Source: Escherichia phage UPEC06. Taken from it: 64,000 nt of DNA. Made by a program: the position numbers and the translations under genes. This document shows, piece after piece, positions 47,243-57,219 of the stretch. The stretch is taken from the sequence record MW250786. One strand, 5' to 3'. Numbering within the stretch: position 1 is the first letter of the stretch; every line of letters starts with the position of its first letter. The notes under the pieces were generated by a model that was given only the letters and a program-made list of their open reading frames with translations, ran no database searches and was not told the origin of the DNA.

Positions 47243-48727
47243 ATGGCGTCCAATTACGGTCTAACGGGTAGTGGATTTAACCTCCCGCCGATGGAAGACT
47301 TGATTCAGGAAACGAAGAAAACTTTCAAGAATGAATTTGGTGAAGATTTCAATACCGAAAGTAACTCAGTTGCTGACAAACTCATTTCTATCTTTAACGA
47401 ACGTGAATATCAACTCTGGTTGTTGATGGGTTCTGTTTATTACGCACAGACAATGCAAGGTGCAGAAGGTATTTACCTTGACGACCTTTTATCTAAGCGT
47501 GGTATTTATCGTAACGGGAAGACTCGAAGCACAGGTCAGGTTCAGTTGACCATTGATTCCACTATCCCTTACAACATGATTTACTCTGCCTCTGCATACA
47601 CCATCGACAACGATTATCGTCTATCTAACGATGTTCAGGTTGCAGGAAACATTTTTGCTCAGGTCATCCGTGGTTCGGATCTTTCTGTCGGAAGTTACCG
47701 ATTACAGATCCAGAACATCAATGATCAATCGATCAAGACCATGACATATCAATTGACAGCCACCACTGGTGCGCCTGTTATCGCATTCTTCTCTGCAATT
47801 AAAGATTTCATTGTGGAGAACACTATCCTGTCCAACCGTGATAAAATCATTATTGATTCCGTAGCCAACTCTATCCACATTGGGTATGATAGTAACAAGA
47901 ACCTTATCGGCTTGTCAAGCAGAATCGATTTCCGTACTCAACCATTGGCAGGTACTAGAACTATCACAATGGATGTTAGAGCTACGGAGCCTGGTTTAAC
48001 ATCTCGTGATGCTTTCAGTGTTCGTGGAATAAGTCCGGTTCCGGCGGGTTTCCTTGACTTGACGAACCTGATTGCATTCACCCCAGGGTCAGACGTAGAA
48101 TCAGATAATGAATACCGTCTCCGTGCAATTGATGCAGTTAACACAGGAAAGGCCACTCGTGCAGCGATCCTTTCTGCACTGCTGAACAAAGTTGAGGGTA
48201 TAGAAAAGGTAAGGATCTTTGCAAACAATACCGACAAGACTAACTCTGTTGGTGTACCTCCTTACTCCTTCATGCCTGTTGTTTACGGTGGTAACACTGC
48301 TGAAATCAGTCAGGTACTTTACGACACTATCGCGGGTTCCAACAATACGTCAGGGAGTACTTTCTACAATATCACCACTGAAGATGACCAAGTAGAAACA
48401 ATCTGGCACACGAAGGCCCAAGCTCGTAACCTGAGTATGAGAATCAGCTATCGTGGAAGACCTCTTTCTGTTGTCGAAGAAACAACTATCTCAAATAGCT
48501 TGATTACTGCGATAAATGGGACTATTATAGCCGGAACTCTGTACAACGTTCAGTTGGTAGGTACAGTTATCAGTTCAACGGCATCATCTCGTTTCACTCA
48601 AGTTTTTGTTGAGATTAAGAACGTAGAAGAACCTGAGTCTTCCTATGTTGGAACAGATGTATCTGCCGATGTTACTGAAGTATTCGCCCTGTCCGCAGAG
48701 AATATTGAATTCCGTCAGATAGTTTAA
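47243..48727 (+). CDS. putative baseplate J-like protein (gp6/gpJ family)
   Basis: 494 aa; position after W-like and before I-like and fibre genes. Confidence 0.45.
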   Translation: MASNYGLTGSGFNLPPMEDLIQETKKTFKNEFGEDFNTESNSVADKLISIFNEREYQLWLLMGSVYYAQTMQGAEGIYLDDLLSKRGIYRNGKTRSTGQVQLTIDSTIPYNMIYSASAYTIDNDYRLSNDVQVAGNIFAQVIRGSDLSVGSYRLQIQNINDQSIKTMTYQLTATTGAPVIAFFSAIKDFIVENTILSNRDKIIIDSVANSIHIGYDSNKNLIGLSSRIDFRTQPLAGTRTITMDVRATEPGLTSRDAFSVRGISPVPAGFLDLTNLIAFTPGSDVESDNEYRLRAIDAVNTGKATRAAILSALLNKVEGIEKVRIFANNTDKTNSVGVPPYSFMPVVYGGNTAEISQVLYDTIAGSNNTSGSTFYNITTEDDQVETIWHTKAQARNLSMRISYRGRPLSVVEETTISNSLITAINGTIIAGTLYNVQLVGTVISSTASSRFTQVFVEIKNVEEPESSYVGTDVSADVTEVFALSAENIEFRQIV

Positions 48728-48736
48728 GGAGAAAGA

Positions 48737-49378
48737 ATGGCAGAGGTTACAGAAAAGAAGGATGTTAACCACATCCATCCTCTGCCTGATTTCGTCAAAG
48801 GGGGTATTGATTATTTACCCCCTGAGGTCTTTGAGAATAAAGATAACATCCAAAAGGTCCTTGAGATCTTCTTGAAACGTCTTGAACTCATCGATCAGAA
48901 AGCTGTTGAACTGGCAGAGATGAGAACAATCATCAATGCAGAGGGCGACACTCTCGACGAGATAGGCAGACAAAATGGTATCTTCCGTAACGGATTGAAT
49001 GACCCTGAGTACAGGGCTGTTATTATAATCCTTACAGGTATCGGATCTAAAAGCGGAACAAGGTCTGAAATAATATCCACACTGAAGCAATTATTCGGCG
49101 AAGAGGGTGTGACTACCTACAAGGGTAGAAACTATCGTATGGATATCAACATCTTCAACACCTGTGTGGAAGTTGAGCTTATTCTTGACCAAATACTTGA
49201 TATGCTCCCTCTGGTGACTCACTTGCGAGTTGTGGAGAATCAGGGATACCCGTTTGGATTTGAGGGTGACGAACAAGCATTTGGGTGGGCATCCGTCTAC
49301 GACACTGATCGTACTGGCGCGGGTGGACTTGCAACTTTAGTTTATGTATCTGACGACGAAGACCCTTGGGGCTTTTAA
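48737..49378 (+). CDS. putative baseplate/tail fibre attachment protein (gpI-like)
   Basis: 213 aa between J-like and tail fibre genes. Confidence 0.3.
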   Translation: MAEVTEKKDVNHIHPLPDFVKGGIDYLPPEVFENKDNIQKVLEIFLKRLELIDQKAVELAEMRTIINAEGDTLDEIGRQNGIFRNGLNDPEYRAVIIILTGIGSKSGTRSEIISTLKQLFGEEGVTTYKGRNYRMDINIFNTCVEVELILDQILDMLPLVTHLRVVENQGYPFGFEGDEQAFGWASVYDTDRTGAGGLATLVYVSDDEDPWGF

Positions 49379-49390
49379 TGGGAGAATTTA

Positions 49391-51025
49391 ATGGCTAGAC
49401 CAACAACACCGATTGTTGTCTTTGCGGCACAAGATGTTAACCTTCCTGGCACTGGAAGACCTAACAAATCAAAACCGATTGATGACCTTTTAGCGAAGGG
49501 CTATGACAAAGGACAAAAACCAGCGGCAGAGGAATTCAACTATATTCTTCACCAATCTGGTGCTTGGCTTAACTGGATCGTAGAAGAGAAGTTCCCTGAA
49601 GTTGAAGAAGAATATAAGCGACTGATTCAGGAACTCGAAACACGAGTAAACAATCAACTGGAAGTTATTCGTGAAGATGTTGCAAACGTAAGACAATCAG
49701 TTGCAACCTTGAGAACTTATGTAGAGCAAACTGTTGCAGACATTCGTCGTGAGATCACTGCGGTTGATCAGCGTGTTACTCGTTTGTCTCAAGACTTGGA
49801 TAATGCTGTTTCCAGATTAAACGCCCGTATTGATGAGCTTGAACCTCGTTTAGTTCCGATCGGTGCAATTCTTACTTGGGCAGGCCAAACACCTCCGGCG
49901 GGATTCTTGGAATGTAATGGACAGGTATACAGTACATCTCAAAACCCGAAACTTTATCAAGTCCTTGGTAGGAACGTAGTACCTGATTATCGTGGATTGT
50001 TCCTTCGTGGCTGGGCGCACGGATCTGGCGCTTACGATCCTGACTCTGGTCGTGCTTTGGGTTCTATTCAAGGTGATGCGATTCGAAACATTACTGGCGC
50101 GATGGGTTACGAAAGTATTCGTACTGACCACGGATATCGTGAGAGTGGTGCACTTTATACGCAATATAACTCAAACTCAGGTCCTGATCACGATCGTAAA
50201 AACCCAGCGGGTGATGTTCGATTTGATGCAAGCCGTGTTGTTCCGACTGCACCAGAAAACAGACCTAAGAACGTCGCAGTGATGTATATTATCAAGACTG
50301 ATCAGGCACAAGGTACGGGAAGTCTGTCACCAACTGCACTTGTTACTACGCCGGACACTATTACAAACCGCGTAGGGTTTACTCAAGGGATTTCTGCTCA
50401 GGTTCTCCCTGCAAACTTGGCAAGTCAATACCCTGTGACGTGGACTTCTCAGAACGGTAATGTTGCAACAGTGGATAGTGCAGGTAACGTAAGATTAACT
50501 GGTCCAGGTGAAACTAACATTATCGCCTCTATCTCTACTGGTATCTCTGCCCAAGTTAAAATAGTTTCATATACACCACTGACAGCAATCAGTATCGGTA
50601 GCATACCTAGTGTAGAGGTTAATGATTCCGAGGTTATTCCTGTTAATAGAACACCTGCTAACTCTAACGAGCCTCTCGTGTATTCTACCAGTAATGCTAA
50701 CGTCGCTGTTGTAACTCAAAGCGGTTACGTATCTGGTGTTTCTCCAGGTACAGCGGTAATAACAGTTCGTGGGTCTATCACAGGCATCCAAGCCACAAGA
50801 CAGGTCACTGTAATTCCTGCAACGATTGTTCAGACCATAGAGGATGTTCGTTTAGGTCTTGAGCAACAGACGACAATGAATGGCGATGATTATACAAATC
50901 CTGTGCGTGCTCCGGCGGGTTGTGTTATTACTGGCGTTGTATCAGCAGGTCTTGGGTTAAATCAAGGTTATTATAAACCGATCCAGAAGCGTATATCTGG
51001 CGTATGGGTAACGGTGGAGGGTTAA
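49391..51025 (+). CDS. tail fibre protein with tail-collar domain and Ig-like repeats
   Basis: PIGAILTWAGQTPPAGFLECNGQVYSTSQNPKLYQVLG...YRGLFLRGW matches the phage tail-collar motif; C-terminal half has repeated Ig-like segments. Confidence 0.6.
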   Translation: MARPTTPIVVFAAQDVNLPGTGRPNKSKPIDDLLAKGYDKGQKPAAEEFNYILHQSGAWLNWIVEEKFPEVEEEYKRLIQELETRVNNQLEVIREDVANVRQSVATLRTYVEQTVADIRREITAVDQRVTRLSQDLDNAVSRLNARIDELEPRLVPIGAILTWAGQTPPAGFLECNGQVYSTSQNPKLYQVLGRNVVPDYRGLFLRGWAHGSGAYDPDSGRALGSIQGDAIRNITGAMGYESIRTDHGYRESGALYTQYNSNSGPDHDRKNPAGDVRFDASRVVPTAPENRPKNVAVMYIIKTDQAQGTGSLSPTALVTTPDTITNRVGFTQGISAQVLPANLASQYPVTWTSQNGNVATVDSAGNVRLTGPGETNIIASISTGISAQVKIVSYTPLTAISIGSIPSVEVNDSEVIPVNRTPANSNEPLVYSTSNANVAVVTQSGYVSGVSPGTAVITVRGSITGIQATRQVTVIPATIVQTIEDVRLGLEQQTTMNGDDYTNPVRAPAGCVITGVVSAGLGLNQGYYKPIQKRISGVWVTVEG

Positions 51026-51027
51026 TT

Positions 51028-51540
51028 ATGAGAATGAATAACTTCAAGCTTTATACACCGGAAGTTAAATCTTTCGGAGAAGGAGTTCAGTATTTTCAGG
51101 ATGATAAGGGTCGTGATTTCTACGACTCTCGTGCACTATTCAAAAAGAAATATGTTGTTTTCTTTGATGAGCATAATATTGTCCGTGGCTGGGCAAAGAG
51201 TGAAGAAGTTACCCGTCTTCACCCAGGTGGTTTATCTGTTGTGGATCTTAATACCCTCCCTAAAGATTTTTCTTTGCAAGGTGGTGTTTGGTCATTCAAC
51301 GGAAAACAGGTAGTTAAGGCAGACTATGATCCTGCTTTTAGCACCGCTGCAAGAAAGGCTGGCATTCTGCAAGTGATCGGTTCTGTTATCGTTCCGCTTC
51401 AGGATGCTGTTGAATTGGGAGATGCTACAGATGATGAGCTTGAGAAGTATAACGATCTTCGTAAGATGAGAGTTAAAGTCATGCGTATCCCTGATAGCAC
51501 CTCCCCTGGTGATATCGACTGGTCAGAGTTCACCTTTTAA
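51028..51540 (+). CDS. putative tail fibre assembly protein
   Basis: Directly downstream of and overlapping the tail fibre gene end; SD GGAGGG. Confidence 0.35.
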   Translation: MRMNNFKLYTPEVKSFGEGVQYFQDDKGRDFYDSRALFKKKYVVFFDEHNIVRGWAKSEEVTRLHPGGLSVVDLNTLPKDFSLQGGVWSFNGKQVVKADYDPAFSTAARKAGILQVIGSVIVPLQDAVELGDATDDELEKYNDLRKMRVKVMRIPDSTSPGDIDWSEFTF

Positions 51541-51579
51541 CCTTAGATGAGTCGGGCTTCGGCCCGACTATGGAGACTT

Positions 51580-51912
51580 ATGATTGTTGATATAATGGCA
51601 GTTCTTAAAGCACTTTGGGGTCTTTTAACATTTATTTTGCTGGGTGCACTAAAGATCTTTTACACCGACTTTAAAAAATTAGAGTCACGTCAAAGCGAGC
51701 TTGAAAAAGATGTTCTTCGTTTGAAGGAATCTGCGGTTACTAAGGATAGTATCGATGCCATTCTTGACCGTAAGATAAAACATATCACTGATACGATCCA
51801 GGATATTAGGACCGATATCACAGATATGCGAAAGGAAGCAAAAGAAGAAAACCACGCTCTACAGAAGGATATTCGAGAATTACTAAACAAAATTATTGAG
51901 AACCGCAAATGA
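51580..51912 (+). CDS. membrane protein with coiled-coil (holin-like or other membrane function)
   Basis: N-terminal TM helix (MIVDIMAVLKALWGLLTFILLGAL) then charged coiled-coil; start at internal ATG after the 51550-51569 hairpin. Confidence 0.35.
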   Translation: MIVDIMAVLKALWGLLTFILLGALKIFYTDFKKLESRQSELEKDVLRLKESAVTKDSIDAILDRKIKHITDTIQDIRTDITDMRKEAKEENHALQKDIRELLNKIIENRK

Positions 51913-52367
51913 TTACAGCCATAATATATGGCATTTGTTTCGTAATCCTTGCTACTCGAAAAGAGAGTGGAACAAAGATAATGGCTGGGCTTTGCCTAGC
52001 CTATCTCGTATTGGAGAACCTGATCCTTTGGTTCTTCTCTACGCAACAATATTTCGACATCACTCTTTATTTTAATGTTCTCTGGACATTGGATTCGATA
52101 CTGCTTTTCACTATGGGTTGTACAGTGAAAGGATTACGACAAAAACTTATCGTATGCCTAAGTATTCCGTTCATGCTTATTCAAGTGTTTGCAATCCAAT
52201 ATCCAGAATTGTTCCCCTTATGGGTTTACGAATTCGCTCTTAGAGACGCTCACAAATATTTCATAGAAACCTTTGTGTTCGTTTATTCTTGGAAGGATAA
52301 TACCGTACCGGAATGGATAAGGACAGCAGTGGTGATATTTCTGGTGCTCATTGCCCATATGGTATGA
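51909..52367 (+). CDS. polytopic membrane protein (about 4 TM helices)
   Basis: Four hydrophobic segments; overlapping start/stop with neighbours. Confidence 0.4.
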   Translation: MITAIIYGICFVILATRKESGTKIMAGLCLAYLVLENLILWFFSTQQYFDITLYFNVLWTLDSILLFTMGCTVKGLRQKLIVCLSIPFMLIQVFAIQYPELFPLWVYEFALRDAHKYFIETFVFVYSWKDNTVPEWIRTAVVIFLVLIAHMV

Positions 52368-52389
52368 ACATTGATAATGAAGGTGATCT

Positions 52390-52650
52390 ATGTTAAAATT
52401 TCTCAAAGACCTCGTTACCTCTGCGGTGGAACCAGATAAAGCTTCCCATACAAAGTTTTGGTCTAACGTAGGTATGGCTGCTATGACTGCCGTCTTTCTA
52501 TGGTATGGATTCAACAATACATTGCCTGAATGGTATGTGTGGCTTTATGCTCCTACGGTAGTGGCTCCACACCTTTTGAGTGATCTCATTAACCTCCGCT
52601 GGGGATTATCTTTGAAAAAAGATAAAGGCCCTTCTGACGAAAACAAGTAA
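52390..52650 (+). CDS. small membrane protein (holin-like topology)
   Basis: Two hydrophobic segments and a charged C-terminus (KKDKGPSDENK). Confidence 0.35.
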   Translation: MLKFLKDLVTSAVEPDKASHTKFWSNVGMAAMTAVFLWYGFNNTLPEWYVWLYAPTVVAPHLLSDLINLRWGLSLKKDKGPSDENK

Positions 52651-52662
52651 GAGGAGAAAACT

Positions 52663-55600
52663 GTGTCGTCTAATACTGATATATTGGCACTGGTAAGTAC
52701 CGAAGCAGATCTTGCTGTTGACCAGATCATTGAAGACTCTCGAAGACTTCATTTGATCGTCAACGGAACTGCAACAGAACAAGCTGTTACAGAAGATGGT
52801 AGCTTAATCCCTAGTGTACGTAAAGCGATAATTGATAACTTTTATTTTAAAACTCCACCGTTACCGTGGAGAAATGGAAGTTCAGTTATTGAATTCAATC
52901 AGTTATATGCATTTACCGATGTAAATGGCAACGTAACTTGGTGGTATGCCCCAGGTGCAACTACCAGCACTCCTGTCGTTATGCGAGACAGTCCAATCAA
53001 CGACGGTAAGTTCAGACCTTTCTTCGATAAAGGTAACATTCAAGAAACTTACGCCCCTATCCTTTCCCCTGTTTTTCGTGGAAACCCTACTGTACCTCTT
53101 GCTGCTGAAGGTGATAACTCATTTACTATCGCGAACACAGCTTGGGTTAGTCGAGAAATAGAAAAAGTACGTGGTGAGGTTCTTGAAGAGTCCAGAGGTG
53201 AATTCCAAAACATTATCGTTGCAGATGATGCGAGTCTGAAAGATCTCTATGTAAGTGGAGAAACCATCTTCACTGGCGACAGGATCGCTGCTCTTGATGC
53301 CGAGTTATCTTTAAAAAGATTACGAATGACAGGGACAGACGCAGAAATCGCATTTGAACAAAATGGCGTTCCACCCCAGGCAGGGTTAACAAAAAGAACA
53401 AATATCAAGCCTTTCCAAGTCACCACTGGTGTTGTTGATACCGATAATATAACTGCGAGAGAGATCAAGGTTGGAAATACCTCTGTTTCCACGAATTCTC
53501 TTGATGTTGATGGATTCATGCAAGGTGACTATCTTCACTTAGAGGGTAATGCCAATAACGCAGAAGACCGCCCACAACTGATCGTTGACGGTATTGCGGA
53601 AATAAATACTCTTCGTGTGACGAACACCATTGAAGGATTGAAGGCTGACGTTGAAGGTCTGGATATTAATCCTAACAGCATTGTGGTTGAAAGAACTGCG
53701 GAGATTAAGGGAAATACAACCCTTGGTGCAGATCTTGCCGTTACTGGCAATACGGTATTGAAAAATGTAAGAATCGAAGGTACTCTCACGGGTGCTGGAA
53801 TCGGTGTTGACGGGAAAGACATTTCCCCTCGTAATGTGAGTGCAACATCCGTTACTGTGGCAGAGAGCTTAAACATTACTGGACCTACTACGGCTTCCGG
53901 CGACGTTACGGTAAACAACCTGACGGTTAATGGAACACTCAGGGCCGATATCGACTTTGGAACTGCTGCTGTTGAATTCCAAGATCTGACTGTGACTAAC
54001 AAGGCAACGATCAAGGATCTTGAAATCACCGGAAACCTGACGGGAGTTACAGTCTCTGTTGATGGTGAAGCAATCTCCCCTTCTTCGGTGACAACCACAG
54101 GAAACATCGATGTTGGTAACAACATGCGTGTTCGTGGTGATATTACTCTGGACGGTGAGTTAAGTATCCCAAGCTTAGATACTGGGGACATAACGGCTGC
54201 TGCAATTGATGGTGCGAGCCTCTCAGTTAGTGGCGACATTACCGCAGGAACAACTTCGACCACAACGGTTAACAATCTTGTAGTCACAGGAACCACTACA
54301 GGAATCACTGTAACGGGCAATGTTGACGGACAAGACATTCTCCCATCCTCTGTAGAAACAACGTCTGTAGTGGCCTCTGAGAGAGTTACAACGGCAAACC
54401 TGACATCTACAGGTGACACTCAGGTAAATAACCTGACAATTACTGGAACTGTAACAGGATTCGATGTAGATCTTACCGGAAAGGACATTCAGGTTAATAC
54501 CTTGACGGTTACTCGCGGGTCAACTTTTGACGAGGTTACTGCTAATAACATAACCAACAATCAAAAGATTACCACAGTAGACCTTCAGGTTACTGGAAAC
54601 CTGACGAATGCAGACGGTGAACAATTCTTTGCAAACGTCACTGGTCAAGATATACTTCCTAATAGTGTGCAGTCTGCAACGTCTGTGAGAACTAAAACGC
54701 TACGTGTCGAAGAGACTAGCCTATTGGAAGGTGCTGTTACCTTAAATGATGGTTTGACTATCACTGGTGGTAATATCACATCTGTTCAAGGTCAAGCAAG
54801 CTTCAATGACGTACAGGTATTTGGATCTCTTCTGGACGCGAATGGTAATGCCTTAGGGACAGCGGAAAGCATAAACGGTAAAGATATCTCTCCTCGTAGC
54901 GTTACTGCTCAAGTTGAGATTCAGACTACTGCAATTGTTGCTACAGGTCAAGCTGAAGTTGGTTCTTTGATTTCAACTGGACAAGTAATGGCAGGAAGCT
55001 TAGAGGTTTCAGGGATAGGTAATATTGGTCAGGTTATTACCGACGACGTTCGTGCTGGAAAGGTAACTTCTGGTAACACCGTTATTACTCGTACTGTTGG
55101 ATCTAGCGATCCTGCTCTTGAAGTTCGTGGACCAGGTGAGATTCAGGGTGACCTTAATGTAACCGGAACTGTAACTGGTAACATTGACCTTAGCTCTCAA
55201 GACGTTAACGTTGCTTCAATGACCTCAACGGGAACAGTAAATGCCCTTTCCATTGAGTCTCGTACATCGGTAACTGGATTGTCTGGTACATTCGGTGAAG
55301 ATTATGAAGGTGCACCTACCTATGGTATAACTTCTCTTTCCGGCGCAAACATCAACAAGAACCTTCGAGTTGGTGGAAACCTGACTGTTGTTGGTAACAT
55401 CTCTGGCAATATCGACTTATCTGGAAAGGCGATCGAGCCTGCATCTTTGTCTACCACGACAGCTACGTTAACGACGGCGAACATAACAGACCTGACTGTA
55501 ACTGGTCAGTTTAATATCCCGACTGTACCGTTAAATGTTCAATCCCTTAGTTCTGAAAACGCTATTTCCGCAAGCAAGTTCAGCACCACACCAAAAGAAG

Positions 55601-55896
55601 TAAGCACCACCTCTTCTTCTTACATCCCAGACGGCTCAACGAGCATATATAACGTAAACGTTATAAATGATGTTGAAGTGAAAGCGCCGATTGGCCTGTT
55701 GAGTTCAGGAAAAGGTGAGTCGGTATTCCTCTTCTTTGAACAGGATGGTACTGGTGGACATGCGGTAACATTCGGATCGGAGTTTGTTGTGCATGGTACT
55801 GAAACCATCAAAACAGATGCAAACACTGTATCGGTAGTTAACATGGTTTATCGTGGCAAAGGCCCATTGATTGACGTATTCATCACTCGTCGCTAA
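52663..55896 (+). CDS. large tail fibre / tail spike protein
   Basis: 1077 aa, Thr/Val/Gly/Asn-rich with quasi-repeats (VTGN.TG...DISP.SV); downstream of baseplate genes. Confidence 0.55.
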   Translation: MSSNTDILALVSTEADLAVDQIIEDSRRLHLIVNGTATEQAVTEDGSLIPSVRKAIIDNFYFKTPPLPWRNGSSVIEFNQLYAFTDVNGNVTWWYAPGATTSTPVVMRDSPINDGKFRPFFDKGNIQETYAPILSPVFRGNPTVPLAAEGDNSFTIANTAWVSREIEKVRGEVLEESRGEFQNIIVADDASLKDLYVSGETIFTGDRIAALDAELSLKRLRMTGTDAEIAFEQNGVPPQAGLTKRTNIKPFQVTTGVVDTDNITAREIKVGNTSVSTNSLDVDGFMQGDYLHLEGNANNAEDRPQLIVDGIAEINTLRVTNTIEGLKADVEGLDINPNSIVVERTAEIKGNTTLGADLAVTGNTVLKNVRIEGTLTGAGIGVDGKDISPRNVSATSVTVAESLNITGPTTASGDVTVNNLTVNGTLRADIDFGTAAVEFQDLTVTNKATIKDLEITGNLTGVTVSVDGEAISPSSVTTTGNIDVGNNMRVRGDITLDGELSIPSLDTGDITAAAIDGASLSVSGDITAGTTSTTTVNNLVVTGTTTGITVTGNVDGQDILPSSVETTSVVASERVTTANLTSTGDTQVNNLTITGTVTGFDVDLTGKDIQVNTLTVTRGSTFDEVTANNITNNQKITTVDLQVTGNLTNADGEQFFANVTGQDILPNSVQSATSVRTKTLRVEETSLLEGAVTLNDGLTITGGNITSVQGQASFNDVQVFGSLLDANGNALGTAESINGKDISPRSVTAQVEIQTTAIVATGQAEVGSLISTGQVMAGSLEVSGIGNIGQVITDDVRAGKVTSGNTVITRTVGSSDPALEVRGPGEIQGDLNVTGTVTGNIDLSSQDVNVASMTSTGTVNALSIESRTSVTGLSGTFGEDYEGAPTYGITSLSGANINKNLRVGGNLTVVGNISGNIDLSGKAIEPASLSTTTATLTTANITDLTVTGQFNIPTVPLNVQSLSSENAISASKFSTTPKEVSTTSSSYIPDGSTSIYNVNVINDVEVKAPIGLLSSGKGESVFLFFEQDGTGGHAVTFGSEFVVHGTETIKTDANTVSVVNMVYRGKGPLIDVFITRR

Positions 55897-55898
55897 TA

Positions 55899-55925
55899 GA
55901 GGCCCTTCGGGGCCTTTTCTTTTTA
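55899..55925 (+). terminator. rho-independent terminator
   Basis: GAGGCCC-TTCG-GGGCCTT followed by TTCTTTTT. Confidence 0.55.
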
Positions 55926-55935
55926 GGAGGACAAC

Positions 55936-57171
55936 ATGATCCCTTTTCCAATTATTAATTTCGGTGGCAGTGTTCCACTACCTGTAGGCGTTACAATCAA
56001 GTATGCAGTAAGTACCAGCACCGGAAATATTTTTATTCTGCTTACCAATGGGCATCTATATGTAACTGGATCTAATTATCTAAACGGACTTGGTAAAACA
56101 GGGACCACAAATAATGCAACTTCGGGATGGTCACTTACTAACACAGGTGTTGAAGAAGTTTATGAGGCAGGAACAGAAAGTACACTGTACGGCGGTGTGT
56201 GGGTTAAGAAAAATAATAACCACTATGAATATATCTCTGCTGTAATCTTCCCCACTGTTGACACAACTCTCCAAAACAGTTGGAACGTCTTGCCTGAATC
56301 TGCATACATTGTCGATGGCGTAAATATCTTATCTTCCGCAATACAAATAGCCAGATCATACGCGATCCAGCCCGACGGCACTGTTTACAGACTTCTTCCA
56401 GAGGGACCTCAAGTAGCTTGGCCTGAGAAAACAAAATACCTGTATTTTGCAAACTATAATGCTATTCGTGTCGAGGTTGACGGAACTTTAAAATACCGAG
56501 GCGACAATGGTATAGATCAAGTGGCAGGCACTTCTGCCGGAACAACATTATCAACTTGGACAACCATCGGGGATTCTTCTGTAAGGTATATTAGGGCAAA
56601 ATGTGCTCGTGGTCAAGTGGCTAACACGAGTGGCGGTTCAGGTGCTCAATCTATTGTACTTGTTGTTGCACAGAGGGAAGATGGGTCATGGGATGCAGTT
56701 GGATCGGCAGCAAGAGCAGGGATAAACTCAACCAACGTCCTCGGTCCTAATTTAGCACCTATGACAAGCATTCCTGCTGGAGTTGAAGTTTACCTAACTA
56801 ACCAGATCAGTTATACAAACGCAAGTGTGAGCACTAGGGCAGCACTGCAAGTATTCATCTCTGACAGGGTTAATGGAGTTTATCAATCGACAGGTGGACA
56901 AGGTGGATACACATACTCCTTATTTAGAGATCTTCCTATAACCACCAACGCAACATCTTTTGAAAGCATACATCAAGATATTATAGATGATGGCGGCATT
57001 CTCCATATGACTGGCTCATTGGCTGACACTTTCAAAGTGATTGTTAGTGGTAATGGTAATCTTTACTGGACAGGGAGAGGTTACACAGGGGCTATGTACC
57101 CTGCTGACTTTACGGCCTCTAATACGATAGCTCAGAAGTTTAACTTGGAAGGTATAGTTATTCCAGCATAA
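55936..57171 (+). CDS. putative tail fibre / receptor-binding protein
   Basis: 411-aa Gly/Thr/Ser/Asn-rich protein, last gene of the rightward late block. Confidence 0.35.
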   Translation: MIPFPIINFGGSVPLPVGVTIKYAVSTSTGNIFILLTNGHLYVTGSNYLNGLGKTGTTNNATSGWSLTNTGVEEVYEAGTESTLYGGVWVKKNNNHYEYISAVIFPTVDTTLQNSWNVLPESAYIVDGVNILSSAIQIARSYAIQPDGTVYRLLPEGPQVAWPEKTKYLYFANYNAIRVEVDGTLKYRGDNGIDQVAGTSAGTTLSTWTTIGDSSVRYIRAKCARGQVANTSGGSGAQSIVLVVAQREDGSWDAVGSAARAGINSTNVLGPNLAPMTSIPAGVEVYLTNQISYTNASVSTRAALQVFISDRVNGVYQSTGGQGGYTYSLFRDLPITTNATSFESIHQDIIDDGGILHMTGSLADTFKVIVSGNGNLYWTGRGYTGAMYPADFTASNTIAQKFNLEGIVIPA

Positions 57172-57206
57172 AGAAAAGGCGCTCAAATGAGCGCCTTTAT
57201 TTTTAT
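57172..57206. terminator. bidirectional rho-independent terminator between convergent genes
   Basis: AAAGGCGCTC-AAAT-GAGCGCCTTT hairpin flanked by an A-run upstream and ATTTTTAT downstream. Confidence 0.65.
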
Positions 57207-57219
57207 CTAAATTTTACGA

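Noticed and set aside
51550-51569. Terminator at the AGTCGGGC-TTCG-GCCCGACT hairpin
   Set aside because: The hairpin is not followed by a T-run and lies just upstream of the next start codon, so it is more likely an RNA structure than an intrinsic terminator; left as a note only.
53535-54419. 294-aa ORF on the minus strand
   Set aside because: It is antisense to the 1077-aa fibre gene, whose biased composition keeps the opposite frame open.
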